Positions 27,096 through 39,874 of a stretch of 64,000 nucleotides of DNA are shown piece by piece. Below the pieces are notes generated by a model. The model was not told where the DNA came from and searched no databases. It worked only from the letters and a program-made list of their open reading frames with translations. The stretch is taken from NCBI GenBank assembly GCA_030390025.1, contig CM059432.1, forward strand, positions 50,346,001 through 50,410,000, read 5' to 3'. Each line of letters starts with the position of its first letter. The first letter of the stretch is position 1. The stretch is from Squalus acanthias. Taxonomy: Eukaryota. Made by a program: the position numbers and the translations under genes.

Positions 27096-29189
27096 AAAAG
27101 GGGTGGAGGGGAAATTTAGAAATCTAAAGAGAAAGGTCAAGGCAATAGAGCAGTGTAGCGATTTGGATAAAAATAAGCAGAGTGTGACAGGAAGGGACAG
27201 AGAGTTTAATGGTAGCAGTGCAGCAGAAAATAAGGTCAAAGCAGGGAATAATGGTAAAAAATTTATATTAAAGGCTCTTTATCTGAATGCACGAAGCATT
27301 CGTAACAAGATAGATGAACTAGTGGCACAAATAGAGATAAATGGGTTTGATCAAATAGCCATTACAGAGACATGGTTGCAAGGTGGCCAAGGTGGGGAAC
27401 TAAATGTTCCAGGGTACTTGACATTTTGAAAAGACAGGCAGAATGGAAAAGGAGGGGGAGTAGCCCTGATAATAAAGGATGACATAAGGACAGTAGCGAG
27501 AAAGGATCTCGGCTCAGAAGATCAGGAAGTAGAATCAGTATGGGTGGAGATAAGGAATAATAAGGGGCTGAAAACATTGGTACAAGCAGTATATAGGCCC
27601 CCTAACAGTAACTATAGCGTTGGACAGAACATTAATCAAGAAATAGTAGGAGCTTGCAACAAAGGTAATGCAATAATCTTGGGGGACTTTAAATCTTCAT
27701 ATAGACAGGACAAATCAAATTGGCAAAGGTAGTCTGGAGGCCGAGTTCATGGAATGCATTCGGGACAGTTTCCTAGAACAATATGTCATGGAATCAACCA
27801 GGGAACAGGCTATTTTAGATCTTGTATTGTGTAATGAGAGAGGGTTAATTAGCAATCTCATAGTAAAGGATCCTCTGGGGCAGAGTGATCATAATATGAT
27901 AGAATTTCACATTAATTTTGAGAGTGACTTGCCTAAGTCCGAAACTGGAGTCTTAAACTTAAATAAAGCCAATTACATAGGTATGAGGGGTGAGTTGGCG
28001 AAGGCAGATTGGAAAAATAGATTAAAAGGTATGGCGGCAGGTAAGCAGTGGCTAGCATTTAAAGAAATATTTCATAATTCTCAACAAAAATACATTCCAT
28101 TGAGAAACAAAAACACCATGGGAAAAGTGATCCAACCATGGCTCACTAAAGAAGGATAGCATTAGATTGAAAGAAGAAGCTTATAATGTTGCAAAGAATA
28201 ATAGTAAGCCTGAGGATTGGGAGAGTTTCAGAAACCAGCAAAGGTTTTCCAAAAAATTGATAAAAAGGGAAAAAATAGAATGAGAGAAAACTAGCAAGAA
28301 ATATAAAAGCAGATTGTAAGAGTTTCTACAGTATGTAAAAAGGAAAAGAGTAGCAAAAGTAAACGTTGATCCCTTAGAGGCTGAGACAGGAGCAATTATT
28401 ATGGGGATTAAGGAAATGGCAGAAATGTTAAACAAATATTTTGTATCTGTCTTCACAGCAGAAGACACAAAAAGCATACCAAAAATGGTAGGGAACCAAG
28501 GGTCTAATGAGGGTGAGGAACTTAACGTAATTAATATAAGTAGAGAAAAAGTACTCGAGAAACTAATGTGTCTAAAAGCTGACAAATCCCCTGGACCTGA
28601 CGGCCTACATCCTAGGGTTCTAAAAGAGGTGCCTGAAGAGATAGTGGATGCATTGGTTTTGATCTTCCAAAATTCCCTAGATTCTGGAATGGTCCCAGCG
28701 GATTGGAAGGTCACAAATGTAACACCGCTATTCAAGAAAGGAGGGAGAGAAAAAACAGAACTACAGGCCAGTTAGCCTGACATCAGTCGTCGGGAAAATG
28801 CTGGAATCCATTCTTAAGGAAGTGGTATCACTTAGAAAATCATAACATGAATTAGGCAGAGTCAACATGGTTTTATGAAAGGGAAAGTATGTTTGACAAA
28901 TTTATTAGAGTTTTTTGAGGATGTAACTAGCAGGGTAGATAAAGGGGAACCAGTGGATGAAGCATATTTGGGTTTCCAAAAGGCATTCGATAAGGTACCA
29001 CATAAAAGGTTGTTATACAAGATAAGGGCTCATGGGGTTGGGGGTAATATAGTAGCATAGATAGAGGATTGGTTAACGGACAGAAAACAGAGAGTAGGGT
29101 TAAACGGATCTTGTTCAGGTTGGCAGGCTGTAACTAGTGGGGTGCCGCAAGGATCAGTATTGGGGCCTCAGTTATTTACAATCTATATA

Positions 29190-29830
29190 TTTTTTTTAAT
29201 TCGTTTCTGGGATGTGGGCGTTGCTGGCAAGGCCAGCATTTATTGCCCATCCCTAATTGCCCTTGAGAAGGTGGTGGTGAGCCGCCTTCTTGAACCGCTG
29301 CAGTCCGTGTGGTGAAGGTACTCCCACAGTGCTGTTAGGGAGGGAGTTCCAGGATTTTGACCCAGCGATGATGAAGGATCGGCGATATACTTCTAAGTCA
29401 GGATGGTGTGTGACTTGGAGGGGAACTTGGAGGTGGTGGTGTTCCCATGCGCCTGCTGCCATTGTCCTTCTAGGTGGAAGAGGTCACGGGTTTGTGATGT
29501 GCTGCCGAAGAAGCCTTGGCGAGTTGCTGCAGTGCATCTTGTACATGGTATACACTGCAGCCACGGTACGCCACTGGTGGAGGGAGTGAATGTTTAAGGT
29601 GGTGGATGGGGTGCCAATCAAGCGGGCTGCTTTGTCCTGGATGGAGTCGAGCTTCTTGAGTGTTGTTGGAGCTGCACTCATCCAGGCAAGTGGAGAGTAT
29701 TCCATCACACTCCTGACTTGTGCTTTGTAGATGGTGGAAAGGCTTTGGGGAGTCAGGAGGTGAGACACTCGCCACAGAATACCTAGCCTCTGACCTGCTC
29801 TTGTTGCCACAGTATTTATGTGGCTGGTCC
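29190..29830 (-). mobile_element. 3' fragment of the second LINE family nested in the CR1 RT
   Basis: YKAQVRSVMEYSPLAW...HHHLLKGN and the tail GGGCAATAAATGCTGGCC, as at 40400-40978. It splits the CR1 FTIY/INDL motif. Confidence 0.88.
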
Positions 29831-29925
29831 ATTAATGACCTAGATGAAGGGACCGAGTGTAATGTATCCAAGTTTGCTGATGATACAATGCTAGCTGGGA
29901 CAGTAAGCTGTGAGGAGAACACCTA

Positions 29926-30687
29926 GGCCGCGATTTTGCAAATGGATGCAGCTTGGGAGCGGGTCAGCTGGTTTCCAGCTTCCATTCCCGCCCCCAACTA
30001 CATCCAGCCCACGGCCGGTTTTCTTAAAGGGACCACGCACAATGTTTCCTTGACAGCTCATTTCTCAGTGTTTGACAGCATTGAGGTGCTGCAAACACTG
30101 ACAATCACTGTACAAAGGTGAGATCTTTCACCCAGGCTCTCCAATGACTCCCTCCATAGGCTAAAACAGATGGCAGCTGGAGGTGAGGTTACAGAAGCGA
30201 TCTGTCACTTGTGAGAGAGGTTCTCCCAATGAGGTGGGACTAGACAGTCAATTCAAAACTTGCTACCTACAGAAAAGTGGAAATGCATTAAAAATGATTT
30301 TCCCAACATTTTCTTACCTCTGAAACTCACCAGTGCACCATTGGATCCTTCACACCACTTCTGCAGCTGTCATCAATGCAGAAACATTACAGCAGACTCA
30401 CAACACGCCACACTTACCTGGCGTGGTGTTCGGACATGGGGGAACCCGAGGCAGAAGCGGCAAAATTGAAAAAGAGCCTGTTAACAAGTATCAAGTACCT
30501 GTTAACAGCCAGGTAAGTGGCTATAATCCTCTTCCCGCCACTAGGTGTCGGGTCCATGCGCAAATCGGGGACCCGACACTTGGGAAGATTGATTGGAGGC
30601 GGGTTGACAGCGGGTTTCCAATCTTTGCAATTTTGACAGCGGTCCCGCCTCCAATCCCGCACGCTGAGGACCGGCAAAATTCTGGCC
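29926..30687. mobile_element. Harbinger-type MITE nested in CR1
   Basis: TIRs GGCCGCGATTTTGC / GCAAAATTCTGGCC; internal homology to the 12561 and 48110 copies. Confidence 0.8.
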
Positions 30688-31649
30688 AAAGAGTCTGCAA
30701 AGGGATATAGATAGACTAAGTGAGTGGGCAGTAAGGTGGCAGATGGAGTATAATGTAGGGAAATGTGAGCAACTTTCAAATGTTGGTGTTCAGAGAGATT
30801 TAGGTGTCCTCATGCAAGAAACACAGAAAGCTAGCGTGCAGGTACAGCAAGCAATAAGGAAGGCAAATGGCATGTTGGCCTTTATTGCAAGGGGGTTGGG
30901 ATATAAGAGTAAGGAAGTCTTGCTATAATTGTACAGGGCCTTGGTGAGACCACACCTGGAGTACTGTGCACAGTTTTGGTCTCCTTATCTAAGGAAGCAG
31001 ATACTTGCCTTGGAGGCGGTGCAACAAAGGTTCACTAGATTGATTCCTGGGATGAGAGGGCTGTCCTATGATGAGAGATTGTGTAGAATGGGCCTATACT
31101 CTCTGGAGTTTAGAAGAATGAGAGGTGATCTCATTGAAACATACAAGATTCTGAAGGAGAGTGACAGGGTAGCTGCTGAGAGGTTGTTTCCCCTGGCTGG
31201 AGAGTCTAGAACTAGGGGGCATAGTCTCAGGATAAGGGTTAGGCCATTTAAGACTGAGATGAGGAGGAATTTCTTCACTCAGAGGGTTGTGAATCTTTGG
31301 AATTCTCTGCCCCAGAGGGCTGTGAATGCTGAGTCTTTGTGTATATTCAAGGCTGAGATAGATAGATTTTTGGACTCTAGGGGAATCAAGGGATATGGAG
31401 ATCGGGCGGGAAAGTGGAGTTGAGGTCGATGATCAGCCATGATCTTATTGAATGGTGGAGCAGGCTTGAAGGGCCGTATGGCCTACTCCTGCTCTTATTT
31501 CTTAGGTTCTTATGTTCTTTCTTATTAATGCCCAGGGAAGGAAAGCTGCTGTCCTTACCCAAACTGGAATATATTATGGTAGAGCAAAGCATTGGGTGAG
31601 AAGTTTTTCAGATCACTCCTTACTAAACAGGTCTAAAGCTGAATTTAGG

Positions 31650-32240
31650 GTGCGGTAGCATAGTGGTTATGTTACTGCACTAGTAATCCAGAGGCCTGGA
31701 TTTTTGTCACGTATTTTTTTCCTTATTCATTCACAGGATGTGGGCATCACTGGCAACCCCAGCATTTATTGCCCATCCCTAATTGCCCTTAACTGAGTGG
31801 TTTGCTAGGCCATTTCAGAAGGCTGTTAAGAGTCAACCACATTGCTGTGGGTCTGGAGTCACATATAGGCCAGACCAGGTAAGGACAGCATTAATGATCT
31901 GGGGACACAAGTTCAAATCCCACCATGGCAGCTGGGGAATTTAAATTGAGTTAATAAATAAATCGGGAATAAAAAGCTAGTATCAGTAATGGTGACCATG
32001 TAACTACTAGATTGTTGTAAAAACCCATCTGGTTCACTAATCTCCTTTAGGGAAGGAAACCTGCTGTCCTTACCTGGTCTGGCCTATATGTGACTCCAGA
32101 CCCACAGCAATGTGGTTGACTCTAAGCAGCCCTCTGAAATGGCCTAGCAAACCACTCAGTTAAGGGCAATTAGGGATGGGCAATAAATGCTGGGGTTGCC
32201 AGCGATGCCCACATCCTGTGAATGAATAAGGAAAAAAATA
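31650..32240 (+). mobile_element. tRNA-headed SINE sharing head and tail with the second LINE family; contains an inverted copy of its own 3' end
   Basis: A-box-like TAGCATAGTGG and B-box-like GTTCAAATCCC. The body matches the reverse complement of 18440-18760, and the tail matches 40905-40975. Confidence 0.82.
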
Positions 32241-32659
32241 CTTGACATCAATATGGTTGACTCCTAATAGGCTTCTGAAATGGTCCTAGCAAGCCACTTA
32301 AGAAAAAATGCAGTCGTTCAAAAGGAAAGCCCACTTTCTCGGGGCAATTTGGGCAAGAAATGCCAACCTTGCCAGTGATGCCCATATCCTGGCAATGAAT
32401 TTTTAAAAATTCACAATAATTTCAGTCACTTTCCCTAATAAAAATATTAGAAAATGAAATCTCTCAAAATATTGTCTAATGTTGGGAGATTTTGATTACT
32501 TTGACTATTTGAAAGAAGCTGAAAATACTTGTGTGATAAGAATATTGTACAAAAGTTGAGATTTTAAAAAAATGAATGGAGATACAGTGAAATTCAAAGT
32601 GAAGTGACAGCTGCTTTATTTGAATGAAAAAAGTACTATAAGGACCACTTAGCCATCAT

Positions 32660-33039
32660 GGGCCAGAATTTGCGGTCTGAGGCATATGTCCGGAGTAGGT
32701 CTCCGACCCGATAAAAAAAATCTGCACTTACCTTCAGGTTCCCAGGCTTCGGAGACCTTGGGTCCTGGGCCTGCAGACGTATGCCTGCATAAAGGCCCAC
32801 AGATCCCAGGGAAGCAGGCGGTTCGGAAGCTTTACCAGGCGTAAGGGTTTTGTGGGCATTTGTTGGGCAGTAGATGGGTAAATAGCCCAACTCTGCGCCA
32901 GAAAAGTAATTTTTGGGTTGGTGCGGATGATCTGTCAAGGCAGCGCATGTGGATACCCGGAACTTGCAGGGACTTTCTGATGGCTTACGACGGCATACGC
33001 TGTGCGTACGCCATCATCGAGAGCGCAAAATCCGGGCCC
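32660..33039. mobile_element. Harbinger-type MITE
   Basis: Ends GGGCCAGAATTTGCG / CGCAAAATCCGGGCCC with a CpG-rich interior. Confidence 0.65.
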
Positions 33040-33994
33040 ATATGTTTGGTTCAGATGGTATCATATTTCCCTGAGGGCCCATGCATAATTGCCTAATTTT
33101 CACAAGAGTACGGAAGACTTTGGAGCATAGAAGAAGGCAGGGTTAATGCTCCACAGGCACTTTTTTTATATATAAACAAAAAATATTTCCATTTTATTTA
33201 CTGATTTTGCAATGTAAAAAAGTTGCCTTTTGTTTTTTATCTGACAGATCCTGTGTGTGGAACTGAGTTAAGTGATATGGAGGAGAAATCACTCATTTAC
33301 AAGATCAGTGGGTAACTCGCTGACACAAGGTAGATGGCGGGATCAGCCTCCAGGACCATCTCGTGGCGATCTCACATTTGGGAAGTGGGGATTCCGGGGA
33401 AGGGGAGACCTACACTTTCGTTGTGGGGTTTGGAGGAGCACTCCACAAAGAAAGTAAAAAAACATAATTGTTTGGGCCTCTTCTGACCCCAGATCCTCTT
33501 CCCGCTATCTTTACCTGGTGGGAAAGCCACAATGGCTTCCCCACTCAGGCTACCTGTTACAATTTCAGCCGGTATCATCATCAACAGCAACAATTTGCAT
33601 TTCTTTAGCACCTTTAAGGTAGAAAAACAGAGGTGTGAGGAAAACAGATCCTGAGCCAAAGAGGGAGAGATTAGGAAGGGGTGACCAAGATTGGTCAGAG
33701 TTGGGTTTTAAGGAGCAGATGAGATTTGAGAGGCAGATGGGTTCAGGGAGGGAATTCTAGAGCAGGAATGCTCCTTCTTCCCCACAAGGATACCTTGGAC
33801 CTCTTCTCTCTCAGGTTTCCTCCCTATCCTGTGATGAACTTTCTATGATATCAGCAAGGAAATAAAAAAATAAGTATAGTTTTTAACATTTAATCATGTA
33901 GAGAACATTTATTCATTAAGATAGTGAGGGATATATTTTTATTCCTTTGAAAAGCTGTGTGATTACTGATCATTCAAGGACTTGTCAAACAGTA

Positions 33995-34378
33995 AAAAAG
34001 AAAGACTTGCGCTTATATTGCGCCTTTCAGGAACTCAGGACGTCCCAAAGTGCGTTACAGCCAATGAAGTACTTTTGAAGTGTAGTCACTGTTGTAATTT
34101 AGGAAACGCGGCAGCCAATTTGCGCACAGCAAGCTCCCACAAACAGCAATGTGATAATGACTAGATAATCTGTTTTTGTGATGCTGATTGAGGGATAAAT
34201 ATTGGCCAGGACACTGGACATAGCTCCCCTGTTCTTCTTCGAAATAGAGCCATGGGATTTTTTACGTCCACCTGAGAGGGCAGACGGGGCCTCGGTTTAA
34301 CGTCTCATCCGAATGACGTCACCTCCGGCAGTGCAGCACTCCCTCAGTACTGCGCTGGAGTGTCAGCTTGGATTTTTG
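33995..34378 (-). mobile_element. Deu-domain SINE (SacSINE1/AmnSINE1-like), 5'-truncated
   Basis: CCACCTGAGAGGGCAGACGGGGCCTCGGTTTAACGTCTCATCCGAA...CAGTGCAGCACTCCCTCAGTACTGC was recognised from memory as the DeuSINE core. It has an L2-like tail. Confidence 0.7.
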
Positions 34379-34910
34379 TAGATCTCTGTGCAGGTTTCCA
34401 GTTGCCAGTTTGCAGAGTTTGGTCCCTGTACTTTTGAAAATAAATAAAAGGGAGTTGAAATTACTCAAAGACTGATAACAAAGGTGATTTCATCTTTTAG
34501 ATCACTGAGCTATGAAAAGAGATCAAGAAAATTTAAAACAAATGTAGCAAATTCTAGAAATGTGCAGCACATCTGAGACAGAAATAAAGGTTAACACTTC
34601 AGTTCTGATGAAGGGTCTCATCTGAAATGTTAATCTGATTTGCTCTTTTAGATATTATACATTCCAGCCTTTGCTATTTTTATTTTTATTTCCATCATTC
34701 ATAGATTTCAATTCCATGAAAATTATAATCTATTATAAGTGACAAAACATTAAGATTCTCATTAATTTTCTCCCTTGTACTACTTTTAGAAAAAGGTGAG
34801 AGTGATTAAGTAATGGTGTAATAATGATTAGAAAGTACTAACAAGCTATGCAGGGAACTTTCAACCGGGGAATGACTGTTTGCCTCCAAAAAATGAGCTT
34901 TAATGTACTG

Positions 34911-37900
34911 AAACATAGAAACATAGAAGATAGGAGCAGGAGTAGGCCATTCGGCCCCTCTAGCCTGCTCCGCCATTCAATGCGATCATGGCTGATCATC
35001 CAAATTCAGAACCCTGTCCCTGCTTTCTCCCCATATCCCTTGATCCCTTTAGCCTTAAGAAATATATCCAACTCCTTCTTGAATATATTTAATGAATTGG
35101 CTTCTACTGCCTTCTGTGGTAGAGAATTCCACAGGTCCACCACTCTCTGGGTGAAGAAATTCCTCCTCATTTCTGTCCTAAATGGCTTACCCCTTATCCT
35201 TAGACTGTGACCCCTGGTTCTGGACTCCCCGACCATCGGGAACATCCTTCCTGCATCTAGTCTGTCCAGTCCTGTCAGAATTTTATAAGTTTCAATGAGA
35301 TCCCCTCTCATTCTTCTAAACTCAATCGACCCAATCTCTCCTCATATGTCATTCCTGCCATCCCAGGTATCAGCCTGGTGAATCTTCGCTGAACTCCTTC
35401 CATGGCAAGAACCTCCTTCCTCAGATATGGCGACCAAAACTGCACACAATACTTATGATGTGGTCTCACCAAGGCCCTGTACAACTGCAGCAAGAAATCC
35501 TTATTCCTGTACTCAAACCCTCTCGCTACAAATGCCAACATACCATTTGCCTTCTTAACTGCCTGCTGCACCTGCATACTTACCTTCAGCAACTGGTGCA
35601 CAAGGACACCCAGGTCTCGTTGCACTTCCCCTTCTCCCAATCTATTGCCATTCAGATAATAATCTGCCTTCCTGTTTTTGACACTAAAGTGGATAACCTC
35701 GCATTTATCCACGTTATATTGCATCTGCCATGCTTCTGCCCAATCACCCAACCTGTCCAAATCATACTGGAGTTTCTCGGCATCCTCCTCACGGCACACA
35801 CGCCCACCCAGCTTTGTGTCGTCTGCAAACTTGGAGATATTACATCTAGTTCCCTTGTCTAGATCATTAATATATATTGTGAATAGCTGGGGTCCAAGGA
35901 CCGATCCCTGCAGTACCCCACTAGTCACTGCCTGCCACTCGGAAAAAGACCCGTTTATTCCAACTCTTTGCTTTCTGTCTGCCAACCAGTTCTCTATCCA
36001 AGTCAATACCTTGCCCCCAATCCCATGTGCCTTAACTTTATACGCTAATCTCTTATGCAGGACCTTATCGAAAGCCTTTTGAAAGTCCAAATACACCACA
36101 TCCACTGGTTCTCCCTTATCTATTTTACCAGTTACATCCTCAAAAAATTCCAGTAGATTAGTCAAGCACGATTTACCTTTTGTAAATCCATGTTGACTTT
36201 GTCCAATCCTGTCACTGTTTTCCAAGTGCTCTGCTATTACATCTTTTATAATGGACTCTAGCATTTTCCCCACTACCGATGTCTGTAATGTCCCGTTTTC
36301 TCTCTACCACCTTTTTTGAATAGTGGGGGTAACATTAGCTACCCTCCAATCCATGGGTATTGTTCCAGATTCCATCAAATGTTGGAAGATGATCAGCAAT
36401 GCATCTACTATTTCTAGGGCCACTTCCTTAAGTACCCTAGGATGTAGATTATCAGGCCCTGGGGATTTATCGGCCTTCAATCCCGTTAATTTCCCTAACA
36501 CCATTTCCCTACAAATACTGATTTCTTTCAGATCCTCCCTTTCATCAGACCCTATGTTCCCCAACATCTCTGGGAGGTTAATTGTGTCCTCCTTTGTGAA
36601 GACAGAACCAAAATATGTATTTAATTGCTCTGCCATTTCTTTGTTCCCCATTATAAATTCCCCTGATTCTGACTGCAAGGGACTGTAGAATTCGCAATAT
36701 ATCGCGATTTTATAAATAAGGAGAAAAACACATAGTTTCGTTCAAACAGCTTTTATTTCAGCAGAATGCTGTCAGGTTTTCAAAGTGGACACAAGCAGCT
36801 TGTAAAATGGCCGCCACGCCTCGTGGCAGAACATTCTAGACTTTTCGACAGGCAGACAAGATGGCGTTCCAATAAACATTTGTGCAAGATCGATTAAGAC
36901 TAAGCACATTTAAGATAATACACGAGACATCATGGGTTTGCAGTATACACATAAATACTGAAATTGGTCTCCCAGGTGCGAATAAGGGCTATTGTACCAA
37001 GTAATCAAGAACCCATCCAAAGACATTAATATGCAAAATCCCAACGACTCTACGATGAGAGAGCCGTTAGCGGGTAGTTACAGAGAACATGTGGGAGCCC
37101 CAAAACCCCTCCAGGGAGAACACCGACCGATTAAACAATGGGAGAAATATTAACAGGTACTCAGACAGTAACGAGTATCCCCGAAACCCATTTAAAAACG
37201 GAGATCACCCTAACAAAAGAAAAGACATTAAGGTTGGGCGGGAAAAGGAAGAATTTTGCACTATAACTGCAAGCTCCAACCGTCCATCTCTCTCTTATCC
37301 TCTTATTCGGTTGACTCTTATCCTGCTGGCGTTTATCCTCGTGGCTGCTCTTGACTCGACGTCTTGTTCCTGCTTGCCTCGTGTCTCTTTTAAAAGACTG
37401 TTGAACTTTACGAACTGCCCGGATCGGCCTCGTGGCTTGCCGCGAAGATCTGTGTGGAACTGGGCTGTGAAGCCTTGAAACGGGCGCACCATCCCGATAA
37501 GTCGGTAAACGGTGTTGGAACCGAAGGCCCGAGATGAGATGAGATGAGATGAGATGAGATGAGATGAGAAGAGAAGAAGACCATACGTATCGCCACGGTC
37601 AGTAAGCTCCGACCGCGCCTGTAGGTCGAATAGACACTTTCCTTGCCCAGGAAGACCATCTTTGAATTTTACAGAACAGCCAGGAAGACTATTCTTCGAA
37701 TTTTATCGCATCAGTGCGAGGGCACAGGAAGACTCTTTTTTGAGTAGAGTCGGAACTCCGAGGACAACACAGATCTTCATGACAGCAGACGTTCCAGCCT
37801 GCTAGCCGGAGCAGAAACGAGTAAACAAGTGGGGCACAGAGACCCCTGACCAACACGTGGGTGATCAGGTGCTGTGGTGGAAAAACATCCGATCAGAGTT

Positions 37901-39726
37901 TTCGGAATTCTCCGAGTTATCACGAGTGGTGAGCATGAGTCTCGATCCTACAAGTCTAGTTTAGAGTAGGTATTGATAGGGAAGGGTTTAAGTTTTAAGG
38001 ATAATTGTAATGTGTGCCCCCATTTACGATGTGTCGTTCGTTCCTTGTTTCCCTGAAATTAGTTACATAACTGCGTGTAAGATTGTACTGTCATTAATCT
38101 GTGCTTATGACATGTATTTTGTAATCTTGAATAATATGCAATAAAGATTTTCCATTTCGTACCATTCAACCGGGTCTACCTGAGTTTTCTCTCCATTACT
38201 GCTCTCGCATCTAAGTCCAGTGTCAGAACCGTAAGGGCGAGTGGGTCGAACCACTCACAGGTGTCTAGTGCTCCCAGACTGGCTGGAGACCAGAACAGGC
38301 AACAAGGCCTAAACTCGCACTAGCATCCAGGCTGCACAGAGCCACACGAATCCCACAGGTTCAGAGAAACCCTTACAGGACCTACGCTTGACTTCACCAA
38401 TCTTTTTCTCTTCACATATCTATAAAAGCTTTTACAGTCAGTTTTTATGTTCCCTGAAAGCTTCCTCTCATATTCTATTTTCCCCTTCTTAATTAATCCC
38501 TTTGTCCTCCTTTGTTGAATCCTAAACTGCTCCCAATCCTCAGGTTTACTGCTTTTTCTGGCCAATTTATATGTCCTCTCCTTGGATCTTATGCTATCCC
38601 TAATTTCCCTTGTTAGCCACGGTTGAGTCACCTTTTTTGTTTTATTCTTATGCCAAACTGGGATGAACAAATTCTGTAGTTCGTCCATGCGGTCTTTGAA
38701 TGTTTGCCATTGCCTATCCACCGTCAACCCTTTGAGTGACATTCCCCAATCAATCCTACCCAACTCGCGCCTCATACCATTGTCGTTTCCTTTATTTAAA
38801 TTCAGGACCCTAGTCTCTGAGTCAACTACTTCACTCTCCATCTTAATGAAGAATTCTATCATATTATGATCGCTCCTCCCCAAGGGGCTTCGTACAACAA
38901 GATTGCTAATTAATCCTTTCTCATTACATAATACCCAGTCTAAGATGGCCTGATCTCTGGCTGGTCCCTCGACATATTGGTCCAGGAAACCATCCCGTAA
39001 ACACTCCAGGAATTCCTCCTCCACAGTATTGTTACTAATTTGGTTAGCCCAATCTATATGTAGATTAAAGTCACCCATGAAGACTGCTGTGCCCTTATTA
39101 CACGCTTCTCTAATTTCCCTTTTAATGCCATCCCCAACCTCCGCATTACTGTTTGGAGGTCTATATACCACTCCCACTAATGTTTTCAGCCCCTTGGTAT
39201 TTCTCAGTTCTAAACATACAGATTCCACATCATCAGAGCTAATATCCTTCCTTACAATTGTGTTAATCCCCTCTTTAACCAGCAATGCTACCCCACCTCC
39301 CTTTCCTTTTTGGCTATCTTTCCTGAATATTGAATACCCCTGGATGTTGAGTTCCCAGCCTTGGTCACCCTGGAGCCATGTTTCCATAATCCCAATCAAA
39401 TCATATTCGTTTACCCCTATTTGCGCAGCTAATTCATCCACCTTGTTCCGAATGCTCCTCGCATTAAGACACAAAGCCTTCAGGCTTGTTTTTTTAACGC
39501 TCTTAGACCTATTAGAATTATTATTTACTGTGACTATGTTTGATTTAAACCGTTGATTTCTCTGACTGCCACTTTTGTTTTTCTCCTTCCTATCTTTTGC
39601 TTTTATCCTTGTTTCCCTTTCCTCTGTCTCCCTGCTCAGGTTCCCAACTCCCTGCCATTTTAGTTTAAACCCACCCCCAGAGCACTAGCAAACACTCCCC
39701 CTAGGACATCGGTCCTGGCCCTGCCC
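34911..39726 (-). mobile_element. CR1 LINE with almost complete ORF2, split by solo LTR B
   Basis: EN ORF 38320-39474, RT ORFs 36304-36678 and 35308-36273, C-terminus 35006-35311, and an (AACATAGA) tail at 34911. Confidence 0.95.
36684..38377 (+). mobile_element. Solo LTR B (1694 bp)
   Basis: TGTAG...TTACA termini with a 4-bp TSD GGAC (36680-83 and 38378-81). Removing it restores the CR1 sequence. AATAAA at 38140; internal (GAGAT)n at about 37531-37568. Confidence 0.88.
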
Positions 39727-39874
39727 ATCATGCCCGTTTCGCGCACAGAATGAGCAAGTCATCATTTTGAATTGAGCAATCAAAACTAGTCAAAGATACC
39801 ACTCTGGCCCCGATTAATGTTGTATGGTACCTACCTTTTGTACGAGATGATCTCCGCCACAGCCAGAAACAGAT

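Larger units (their letters stand above)
25787..31520 (+). mobile_element. Near full-length CR1 LINE (5' UTR, ORF1, ORF2, 3' UTR), inactivated, with two nested insertions
   Basis: Ordered ORF1, endonuclease (LNARSIRNK, ITETWL, YRPP, SDH), RT and C-terminus (GKWS, stop at 31423), then a (TTCTTA) tail. Multiple stops and frameshifts. Confidence 0.95.

Noticed and set aside
31650..31930. Possible tRNA genes (also 25597 and 18660-18760)
   Set aside because: A/B-box-like motifs run into SINE/LINE bodies and no full cloverleaf is evident.
33248..33311. Plus-strand 64-bp exon candidate (DPVCGTELSDMEEKSLIYKIS)
   Set aside because: It is isolated, has a weak donor, no partner exons and no recognised homology.
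37531..37568. Regular repeats as a CRISPR-like array
   Set aside because: This is a simple (GAGAT)n microsatellite with no spacers, in a eukaryotic context.
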